Assembly: GCA_034440375.1 (NCBI GenBank) | Contig: JAWXBZ010000057.1 | Location: 1 to 14,708, forward strand | DNA: 14,708 nucleotides | Direction of reading: 5' to 3' | From: Candidatus Eiseniibacteriota bacterium | GTDB taxonomy: Bacteria; Eisenbacteria; RBG-16-71-46; JABDJR01; JAWXBZ01 | Shown: piece after piece, positions 1 through 7,227 of the stretch | Layout: each line of letters starts with the position of its first letter | Numbering within the stretch: the stretch's first letter is position 1 | The notes under the pieces: model-generated | What the model was told of the DNA's origin: nothing | What the model saw: only the letters and a program-made list of their open reading frames with translations | Database searches by the model: none | Translations under genes and position numbers: made by a program

Positions 1-14
1 CGAGCTGGCGAGTC

Positions 15-40
15 GACGAAACCACTCCAACCGGGTTACA
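15..40 (-). promoter_or_regulatory. Candidate ECF-sigma promoter TGTAAC-N16-CGTC firing leftwards out of the window
   Basis: The minus strand reads TGTAAC (40-35), 16 nt, CGTC (18-15). This matches the generic ECF consensus (AAC in -35, CGT in -10; compare Bacillus subtilis SigW/SigX/SigM promoters). The target gene would lie outside the window. Confidence 0.45.
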
Positions 41-93
41 TCACAAACGGCGTGACGATACCCCTCAGGGTTACATTCTCAAATGGCTTGACG
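33..93. repeat. Imperfect direct repeat, two copies of about 25 bp with a 35-bp period
   Basis: GGGTTACAT-CACAAACGGCGTGACG (33-57) and GGGTTACATTCTCAAATGGCTTGACG (68-93) share 22 of 26 aligned positions with one gap. Confidence 0.75.
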
Positions 94-188
94 GGCGATG
101 CCCGCCAACTGTCGTGCCCTCACCAGGCCGCGGCGCCGATGATCGGGAAAAAATTACCGGCCCGAATCTTGCAGCACCCATTTCCAGA

Positions 189-2738
189 ATGATGCCTCTG
201 GTAAATTCGTTACACGCGCCACGCGCCGCTGCCGTCCCCCGGCAACTGGGCCCTTCCCTGCTCCTTTTGCTGGCTCTCCTCGTCAATTCGTGTGGCTCCG
301 GTGGTAATGATCAGCCGGATGTCGAACGGCTCCGGGGCTACCAGCCGGGGGGAGCGACCGTTCTCCTCGACAAGGACGGTCATCCCTTCGCCAACCTGTC
401 CCCGGTCGACCGAAGCCTCATCGAACTGGACGAGCTCCCCGAACATGTCCCCAATGCATTTATCGCGGTCGAGGACAAGCGATTCTGGCGGCATCAGGGC
501 GTCGATGTATGGCGTGTGGGAGGCGCTGCCTTTCACAATATTCGGCGGGGACGATTCGAGGAGGGGTTCTCGACCATCACCATGCAGCTCGCGCGCAGTG
601 TGTTTTCGGACCAGATTTCTCTCACAGAGCGAAATGTCGGACGAAAACTCCGCGAGATGCGGGCGGCCATGTCGATCGAGAAACAGTTCTCCAAGAAGGA
701 GATTCTTGAGCTCTACCTGAATCACGTTTATTTTGGCAAAGGAGCCGTGGGAATTGAGGCCGCATCGCGCCACTACTTTCACAAGCGGGCGGCCAAACTG
801 ACCATGGGTGAGGCCGCTCTCCTCGCCGGCATGCTCAAAGCTCCGGCGCGCTTCGAGCCACAGCGTCATCCGGACAGGGCCCGGGGGCGGCGCGATCTGG
901 TGCTCTCGCTCATGCAGAAGCAGGGCCTTGCCAAACCGGGTGCGGCCGCGGCGGCCCGCCAAACCAGTCTCGGCGTGAGCACCGGACGGGGAGGCCTCAC
1001 GGCCGACGGTGTGGTCGCAGGCTACTTCATCGAGGAGATCCGGCGCATCCTGGAAACGGAATTCGGTGATCGCCTCTATATGCAGCAACTTAAGATCTAC
1101 ACGACCCTCGATATGGGCCTTCAGCTTGCCGCGGAGGAAGAGCTGACCAGCCAGCTGGCCAACATCGAGCGTGGCGAGTACGGCCGATATACCGGCACCC
1201 GTTACGTGGCCGGAACCGCCACTCCGGGAACGACCCCGTCTTATCTGCAGGGAGCGATCGTGGCCATGGACGTTGCCTCAGGCGATGTGAGGGCCTGGGT
1301 GGGCGGACGCGATATCCGGCACTCGGAGTTCGACCGTGTGGCCAACGCCCACCGGCAGGCCGGCAGCGCGTTCAAGCCATTTGTTTACGCGGCTGCGCTC
1401 TCGCAGGGAGTGCCGTTGACCCGCGTGCTCGACGATCAACCGTTCCGGGTGGAACTGGCGAGCAACCAGCACTGGGAGCCTAAAAACTTCAATGACAAAT
1501 ACTCGGGACAGGTGACCATGCGCAACGCCCTGGTCCGTTCGGTCAACGTGCCGACCGTTCATCTCGCCGACGAGGTGGGATACCGGCGCATCGCGGCGCT
1601 GGCGCGACAGGCCGGCATCGAGAGTCCGATCGCCGAGACGCCGTCGATGGCCCTGGGCACCGTGGCCGTGTCGCCCCTTGAGCTGACGGCCGCCTACACG
1701 ACTTTCGCCGGCCTCGGGCGGCGGGTGGCACCACGGCTGATCACGCGGGTCGAAACCGTCGATGGCCGGGTGATTCAGATATTTGGTTCCGAAGCCCGGG
1801 GCGTGATGTCCGCGTCCGTCGCCTATCTGATCAACGACACCCTGCACGATGCTCTCGAACGGGGAAGCGGCGCTCCGGCCATGCAATCGGGGTTTTCCGG
1901 ACCGGCCGCCGGAAAGACCGGCACCAGCAGCGACGGGGTCGATGCCTGGTTCATCGGCTATACACCCGAAATCGTGGCCGGCGTCTGGATCGGCTTCGAC
2001 GATCCGAAGCGGATCGTCTCCGGGGCGTCGGGCGGGCGGCTGGCCGCTCCGGCCTGGGGCCGCATGATGAATCGCTACTACGCCGATTCGGAGCCACCCT
2101 GGTGGCAGGCGCCGTCGAACGTCGTGGAGTACGCCATCGACCCCGAGACCGGGCGCACCCTCGAGGATGGATGCCGGCCGAACTGGGGCGAGCCCGTCAC
2201 GGAGATCTTCATCCGAGGCACGGAACCGGAATCCAGCTGTCCCGACTCTGACTATCAATTGACGTCGTTTGTTCCGGGTGGCGACCTTCACGATTCGTAC
2301 CTATCGGAAGATGACAACAACACCAATGACTGGAAACGCGATGACCGCTCCACCGCCGGCAACGCGGAGAGACCCGAAGATCAGCTTGGCGGCTCGTGGG
2401 TCCTCGAGACGACCATTACCCAATCCGGCAGCGCTCATCTCGAAAATCTGCGCATGACGCACCATTTCAAGCTTCGACAGGACGGTAACGAGGTTCACGG
2501 CGAAGGCGAGAAGATCGCCGAAAATGGGGGGCGGGTCGCGGGCAACCGACACACGACCATCTTCCTGAGCGGCCAGCTCAACGGCGACCGCCTTCGGTTG
2601 CGCTTCACGGAGTCCGGCGGCACCGGGGCCATGAGCGGCTGGTTCGACTTTCGACTGGCGGATCACCGCCTCCAGGGCGAATTCATGAGCACCGACACGT
2701 ATACGCGCGGATACGCCTCGGCGCGCCGCAGTTACTGA
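189..2738 (+). CDS. Class A penicillin-binding protein (PBP1A family; transglycosylase plus transpeptidase) with an extra C-terminal domain
   Basis: GT51 motifs EDKRFWRHQGVD, GFSTITMQLAR, RKLRE and KKEILELYLNHVYFG. Transpeptidase motifs SAFK (Ser codon at 1365), SVN and KTG (1914-1922). The start is uncertain: the ORF opens at GTG 114, but ATG 189/192 gives a plausible signal peptide ending LLLLLALLVNS-C. Confidence 0.95.
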   Translation: MMPLVNSLHAPRAAAVPRQLGPSLLLLLALLVNSCGSGGNDQPDVERLRGYQPGGATVLLDKDGHPFANLSPVDRSLIELDELPEHVPNAFIAVEDKRFWRHQGVDVWRVGGAAFHNIRRGRFEEGFSTITMQLARSVFSDQISLTERNVGRKLREMRAAMSIEKQFSKKEILELYLNHVYFGKGAVGIEAASRHYFHKRAAKLTMGEAALLAGMLKAPARFEPQRHPDRARGRRDLVLSLMQKQGLAKPGAAAAARQTSLGVSTGRGGLTADGVVAGYFIEEIRRILETEFGDRLYMQQLKIYTTLDMGLQLAAEEELTSQLANIERGEYGRYTGTRYVAGTATPGTTPSYLQGAIVAMDVASGDVRAWVGGRDIRHSEFDRVANAHRQAGSAFKPFVYAAALSQGVPLTRVLDDQPFRVELASNQHWEPKNFNDKYSGQVTMRNALVRSVNVPTVHLADEVGYRRIAALARQAGIESPIAETPSMALGTVAVSPLELTAAYTTFAGLGRRVAPRLITRVETVDGRVIQIFGSEARGVMSASVAYLINDTLHDALERGSGAPAMQSGFSGPAAGKTGTSSDGVDAWFIGYTPEIVAGVWIGFDDPKRIVSGASGGRLAAPAWGRMMNRYYADSEPPWWQAPSNVVEYAIDPETGRTLEDGCRPNWGEPVTEIFIRGTEPESSCPDSDYQLTSFVPGGDLHDSYLSEDDNNTNDWKRDDRSTAGNAERPEDQLGGSWVLETTITQSGSAHLENLRMTHHFKLRQDGNEVHGEGEKIAENGGRVAGNRHTTIFLSGQLNGDRLRLRFTESGGTGAMSGWFDFRLADHRLQGEFMSTDTYTRGYASARRSY

Positions 2739-2757
2739 GACACCGAGCCACTCTTGA

Positions 2758-2786
2758 TTGTGGGGGGCCGCCCTTGGGGGTAGAAT
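2758..2786 (+). promoter_or_regulatory. Candidate sigma70-type promoter for the response regulator
   Basis: TTGTGG (2758-2763), 17 nt, TAGAAT (2781-2786). Shine-Dalgarno GAGGT at 2807-2811 precedes ATG 2817. Confidence 0.5.
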
Positions 2787-2816
2787 TCGGTTCGTCTCTT
2801 CCTGGTGAGGTAATCC

Positions 2817-3656
2817 ATGGCGAAGATCCTCGTGGTGGACGACGATCGACTGACCCGTGAGTTGATTGAAGCGTTGCTCGTGTCCAAGGGTTTCGAGGTG
2901 ACCACCGCCCATGACGGCATGGCCGCCGTGGCCGAGGTGTCGCGTCAATCGTTTGACCTGATCCTCGTCGATGTCTGGATGCCCCGGATGCCCGGGCTCA
3001 AGCTCCTGGCGGGCCTCCGGGCCATGGGGCGCATGCCTCGGGCCATCGTCATGACCAGCGACGAAACGCCCGAAGTCGTCATCAAGGCGGTCCGCGCCCA
3101 GGCCCAACGCTTCATTCGCAAGCCGATCGACCCGCAGGTGCTCCTCGAGCAGGTGAACAAGGTGCTGGCGCTTCCCGATCTGCCTCCGATCGAAGTGATC
3201 TCGGCAACGCCGAGCTGGGTCGAACTGGACGTGCCGTGCACCGAGGCGGCCGCCGACCGGATCCACGACTTCCTGTCGAAGCTCGATGCGGACCTGTCGG
3301 AGGATCTGCGCGAGTCGGTCAGCCAGGCCTTTCGCGAACTCCTGATGAATGCCATCGAATGGGGTGGCCAGTTCGACCCGCAACAGGTGGTGCGCATCTC
3401 CCATCTGAGGACGAAGCGACTGCTGCTTTATCGCATCAGCGACCCCGGCGCGGGTTTTCGCTTCGAGGGGCTGGAGCACGCCGCGGTGTCGAATCCCGAA
3501 AGCGATCCCGTGCACCATACCGAGGTGCGTCAGGAGATGGGGCTGCGGGCCGGCGGGTTCGGGATACTGATGGCGCGCGAGTTTGTCGACGAGATCCTGT
3601 ACAACGAGGCCCAGAACGAGGTCGTGCTGCTGAAATACCTCGACGAGTCAGGCTAG
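2817..3656 (+). CDS. Response regulator with C-terminal RsbW/SpoIIAB-like (HATPase_c_2) anti-sigma-type Ser/Thr kinase domain
   Basis: REC domain: KILVVDDD, phosphoacceptor ILVDVWMP, VMTS, FIRKP. GHKL boxes: ELLMNAIEWG (N), ISDPGAGF (G1), GGFGILMAREFVDEILYN (G2). No HisKA H-box. Good RBS. Confidence 0.9.
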   Translation: MAKILVVDDDRLTRELIEALLVSKGFEVTTAHDGMAAVAEVSRQSFDLILVDVWMPRMPGLKLLAGLRAMGRMPRAIVMTSDETPEVVIKAVRAQAQRFIRKPIDPQVLLEQVNKVLALPDLPPIEVISATPSWVELDVPCTEAAADRIHDFLSKLDADLSEDLRESVSQAFRELLMNAIEWGGQFDPQQVVRISHLRTKRLLLYRISDPGAGFRFEGLEHAAVSNPESDPVHHTEVRQEMGLRAGGFGILMAREFVDEILYNEAQNEVVLLKYLDESG

Positions 3657-6484
3657 CCGGCGCGCGCCGCCTCGAGCGCGGGGCGCGCGATCGTGATCTC
3701 CTGTTCGAGGCGATTCAGAGCGGGCATGGCGCCTTGCAGGGCGCCCGATCGTCCCATCTCCTCGAGCGTGTGAGCCGCTTCCACGACTCGGTGAGCCGCG
3801 AGATTGGCGACGGCTCCCTTCAACGAATGGGCCGCCGAAAACAGGGCCGGCGCATCGTTATCCGCCACCGCACGCTTGATCGATGCCAGGGTACCGGGCA
3901 GATCGGCAAGGAAGATGTCGATCAACCGGCCCAGCAGGACGCGGTCACCGCCGACCCGCTCGAGGAGTTCGTTCATGCGGACGACCCCCTCCATCCCGTC
4001 CGGCCCCGCGGGTTCATCCGGCGCATGCCGGTCCAGCGCGGCCGCCAGTTCTTCCGGCCGAAGCGGTTTGGCCAGGTAGTCATCCATGCCGGCGGCGAGG
4101 CAGGCTTCGCGGTCGCCTTTCATGGCATGGGCCGTCAACGCCACGATCGAGACGTGCCGTCCCGTATCGCGCTCCCGCTCCCGAATGAGGGCGGTGGCCT
4201 CAAGGCCGTCGAGTTCCGGCATCTGGACGTCCATCAGGATGACATCGAAGGTTTCCTTTTTCCAGGATTCCACCGCCTGACGGCCGTTGGCCACGACGAC
4301 AACCCGGTGCCCCATTTTCTGGAGCAGGCGCTCGGCGAGCATCTGGTTCACCGCATTGTCCTCGGCCACCAGGATGTGAAGCGGGCCCCGGCGCGGCGGG
4401 CGCGCGGCCGCCGGCCGTCGCGAGCGGCCACTGCTTCGAACGCGATGCCCCAGGGCCTTGAGAAGGGCGTCCATCAGGTCGGATGGCTTGAGCGGTTTCA
4501 TGACCGTGGCCGTAATGCCCAACTCCCGGCATCGGGCGATTCCCTCGGGTCGGTCGGAGGAAATCATCATCATCACCGCACCGCGAACGAGGGAGTTTTC
4601 GCCGAGCATGCGGCGGGCCAGCGCATATCCGTCCATGCCGGGCATGCTGGAGTCGATCAGGCAGAGATCGTACGGACGGCCGATGTCGGCCGACTGCTTC
4701 AGAGTCGTGAGTGCCTCCGCCGCGCTCGCGACGACCGTGGGGCGCATCTGCCATGAAAGGAGCATCTCCTCGGTAATCGCGCGGCTGGTGGCGTTGTCAT
4801 CCACGACGAGGACGGGAAGATGATGCAGCTCGATCGTACTGCGGCGGGGTTGGCGGGCCGAGCGTCCGGCCTTGACGCCGAAGCGCACCTGAAAACGGAA
4901 GGTGCTTCCCCGGCTCGGCTCGCTGTCGATCTCGATTCGACCGCCCATCATCTCGACGATCTGCGCCGAGATACCGAGGCCGAGCCCGGTGCCGCCGTAC
5001 ATGCGGGTGGTGGAGCCGTCGGCCTGGGCAAAGGCGTCGAAAATGAGCTGCTGCTTGTCCCGGGGAATCCCGATGCCGGTATCGGCAACGGCCACGGCGA
5101 GCGTCACCTCGCCGGGCGCCTGGGACACGAGATCGACGCGGACCACGACCTCCCCCTCCGTCGTGAATTTGATGGCGTTGTCGACGAGATTGGTGAGGAC
5201 CTGTCCGAGACGGACCGGGTCGCCGACGAGCCACTCGGGAACATCGCGGCTGACCTGGCAGGCCAGCTCGAGGCCCCGGGCATGGGCCTTCGGCGCCAGC
5301 ACCCGGATCGTGTCGGCCAGCGACTCACGGAAGGCGAACTCGGTGAGCTCGAGTTGGAGCTTTCGCGCCTCGATCTTGGAAAAGTCGAGGATATGGTTGA
5401 TCAGGCCCAGCAGGCTCTCCGCCGAATCCTTTACCGCGGTGATGTACTCCCGCTGCTCCGCCGAGAGCTGGGTGTCCAGGGCAAGGTCGCTCATGCCGAT
5501 GATGGCGTTCATCGGGGTGCGGATCTCATGGCTCATGTTGGCCAGGAATTCCCCCTTGGCCCGGCTGGCTGCCAGCGCCGCCTCGCGGGCGGCCCGGAGC
5601 TCCGTTTCCACGCCGATCTTGTCCGTGATGTCACGGGCCGCGGCGAACACCAGGCGCTCGCGTACCCAGGGCCGGGCGTTCCACGACAGCCAGCGGTACG
5701 AGCCGTCCCGGCACCGGTACCGGTTTTCGAACTGCACCGTGACATCCCCGGTCAACAACTTGGAGGCCTCTTTAATGGTGGCTTCCCGGTCATCCGGGTG
5801 AATGAAGTCCCCGGACGGCACGGCCATCAACTCGCCCGGCGTGAAGCCCAGCACTTTTTCCCAGGCCGGATTCAACCGCTTGAAGTACCCGTCCAGGTCC
5901 GCAATGCAGAGCATGTCGAGCGACAGTTCAAACAGTTGCTCGAGCTCGTCCATGCTCCGCATCCGGGCCAGGAACTCGCCGATATCACGCCCGATTGCCG
6001 CCATCATCCGGAGCAAGCCTTCGTCCGGATCGACGGCGCGGGAGCTGAAGAACTCCATGACGCCGATGAGATCGCCAAGCCGATAGATCGGCAGGCAGAT
6101 TGCCCCATGCAGGCCGGCCCGGTCGGCGGCCCGGGCTCGCGGAAAGTTGTCATCGTTGACGACATCCGTCACCCATGCCGCCCGGCCGGTCTTCCAGACG
6201 CGCCCGGGGAGCCCGACACCCGGAGCGAAGGTAAATTGCCGACTCAACGTCTGGAATTCGTCGAGAACAACGGCCGAGGACTGCCACGTTTCGACGCAGC
6301 GCAGAACATTGACATTAGAGTCGGCCATCCAGAGTCCACCATAGGCCCATCCGAGAGCCTCGCAGATCGTCTGGAGCAGCCGCGGCGTGGCATCGGACAG
6401 ATTGGCCGACTCCTGCAGAACGCGCAGGATCGCGTACTGAAGCGTGAGGGGGACTTCGTCCCCGATGGGTTCCCTCTCCATCAT
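3653..6484 (-). CDS. Cytoplasmic hybrid sensor histidine kinase (GAF-PAS-HisKA-HATPase-REC-REC-HPt)
   Basis: GAF (GLPGRVWKTGRAAWVTDV...GAICLPI) and PAS (YFKRLNPAWEKVLGF...IHPDD...YRCRDGSYRWLSW). H-box FLANMSHEIRTPMN (His at 5530-5528), N-box NLVDNAIKFT, G boxes DTGIGI and GGTGLGL. Two REC domains (CLIDSSMP, ILMDVQMP) and HPt AHSLKG (His at 3829-3827). No TM segment seen. The start is placed at ATG 6484/6481 behind AAAGGG; the ORF extends to 6517. Confidence 0.95.
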   Translation of the reverse strand: MMEREPIGDEVPLTLQYAILRVLQESANLSDATPRLLQTICEALGWAYGGLWMADSNVNVLRCVETWQSSAVVLDEFQTLSRQFTFAPGVGLPGRVWKTGRAAWVTDVVNDDNFPRARAADRAGLHGAICLPIYRLGDLIGVMEFFSSRAVDPDEGLLRMMAAIGRDIGEFLARMRSMDELEQLFELSLDMLCIADLDGYFKRLNPAWEKVLGFTPGELMAVPSGDFIHPDDREATIKEASKLLTGDVTVQFENRYRCRDGSYRWLSWNARPWVRERLVFAAARDITDKIGVETELRAAREAALAASRAKGEFLANMSHEIRTPMNAIIGMSDLALDTQLSAEQREYITAVKDSAESLLGLINHILDFSKIEARKLQLELTEFAFRESLADTIRVLAPKAHARGLELACQVSRDVPEWLVGDPVRLGQVLTNLVDNAIKFTTEGEVVVRVDLVSQAPGEVTLAVAVADTGIGIPRDKQQLIFDAFAQADGSTTRMYGGTGLGLGISAQIVEMMGGRIEIDSEPSRGSTFRFQVRFGVKAGRSARQPRRSTIELHHLPVLVVDDNATSRAITEEMLLSWQMRPTVVASAAEALTTLKQSADIGRPYDLCLIDSSMPGMDGYALARRMLGENSLVRGAVMMMISSDRPEGIARCRELGITATVMKPLKPSDLMDALLKALGHRVRSSGRSRRPAAARPPRRGPLHILVAEDNAVNQMLAERLLQKMGHRVVVVANGRQAVESWKKETFDVILMDVQMPELDGLEATALIRERERDTGRHVSIVALTAHAMKGDREACLAAGMDDYLAKPLRPEELAAALDRHAPDEPAGPDGMEGVVRMNELLERVGGDRVLLGRLIDIFLADLPGTLASIKRAVADNDAPALFSAAHSLKGAVANLAAHRVVEAAHTLEEMGRSGALQGAMPALNRLEQEITIARPALEAARAG

Positions 6485-6651
6485 TCCATTTGGGCCCTTT
6501 CGGGGCCACCGTAGCACGCCATCACGATTTCTTCTCCTTCGCCATCGCCCGGGCGGGTCAGCATGAGCTACCTTGTCGGGGTGCTCAACCTCGCCGTCCG
6601 ATTCGGTAAACTGGCGCGGGTGGTGGCGCGTTGCGCTCTGCGGGGAAGACC

Positions 6652-7227
6652 ATGAACTCGGAAGAGATTGCGCGGCTCCTCTCCGAACTGCGGGAGGGGG
6701 ATCGGGGCGCGCTGGACACGCTGATTCCTCTGCTTTACGGGGAGTTGCGTCGCATCGCTCATCGCCAACGGAGTGACCGCCCCTCGGGCGAGACGCTCCA
6801 GACGACCGTGCTGGTACACGAGGCTTACGTGCGCCTGACCGGGCGGAGTCGGCTCAAGTTTGTCGACGCCGACCACTTCCTGTCCGCCTCCGCCACGATC
6901 ATGCGTCACATCCTGGTCGATCATGCCCGGATGAGGCTGGCTCAGAAGCGGGGCGGCGGTGTGGAGGCATTGCCGCTCACGGAGGTCAGTGATGTGCTGG
7001 TCGAACAGGCCGAGGGGCTCATCGCGCTGGACGATGCGCTGCGTCGCCTGGCGGCTTTAAGCCCGCGGTTGGCCGAAGTGGTCGAGATGCGTTTCTTCGC
7101 CGGCTTCACCGTGGACGAGGCGGCGCGGCTCCTCGGGCGCGACGCGCGGACGATCAAGCGCGACTGGCAGAAGGCGCGGCTCCTGCTGGCGGGGTTCCTT
7201 GGCGCCGGGCCGGTGGCGGGGCCGTGA
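6652..7227 (+). CDS. ECF-type RNA polymerase sigma factor, STK-associated (ECF43-like)
   Basis: LYGELRRIAHRQ, TLQTTVLVHEAYVRL, MRHILVDHARMRLAQKRGG, and region 4 VVEMRFFAGFTVDEAARLLG...TIKRDWQKARLLL. ATG 6652 is preceded by GGGGAAG. The stop overlaps the kinase start (GTGA 7224-7227). No anti-sigma gene is adjacent. Confidence 0.92.
   Translation: MNSEEIARLLSELREGDRGALDTLIPLLYGELRRIAHRQRSDRPSGETLQTTVLVHEAYVRLTGRSRLKFVDADHFLSASATIMRHILVDHARMRLAQKRGGGVEALPLTEVSDVLVEQAEGLIALDDALRRLAALSPRLAEVVEMRFFAGFTVDEAARLLGRDARTIKRDWQKARLLLAGFLGAGPVAGP

Noticed and set aside
2385-2735. PBP1A tail as a CBASS Cap15-like nucleotide-sensing barrel
   Set aside because: Only a generic GxW and beta-strand resemblance. 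The domain would be extracytoplasmic, and there is no CD-NTase or other defence gene in the window.
210-3518. Minus-strand ORFs 210-1088, 1278-2291 and 2301-3518
   Set aside because: Antisense shadows of PBP1A and the response regulator.
4820-6514. 564-aa plus-strand ORF, plus 3236-4756 and 4902-5801
   Set aside because: Antisense or alternate-frame shadows of the hybrid kinase and regulator. They have no recognisable motifs, and long stop-free shadow frames are expected at high GC.
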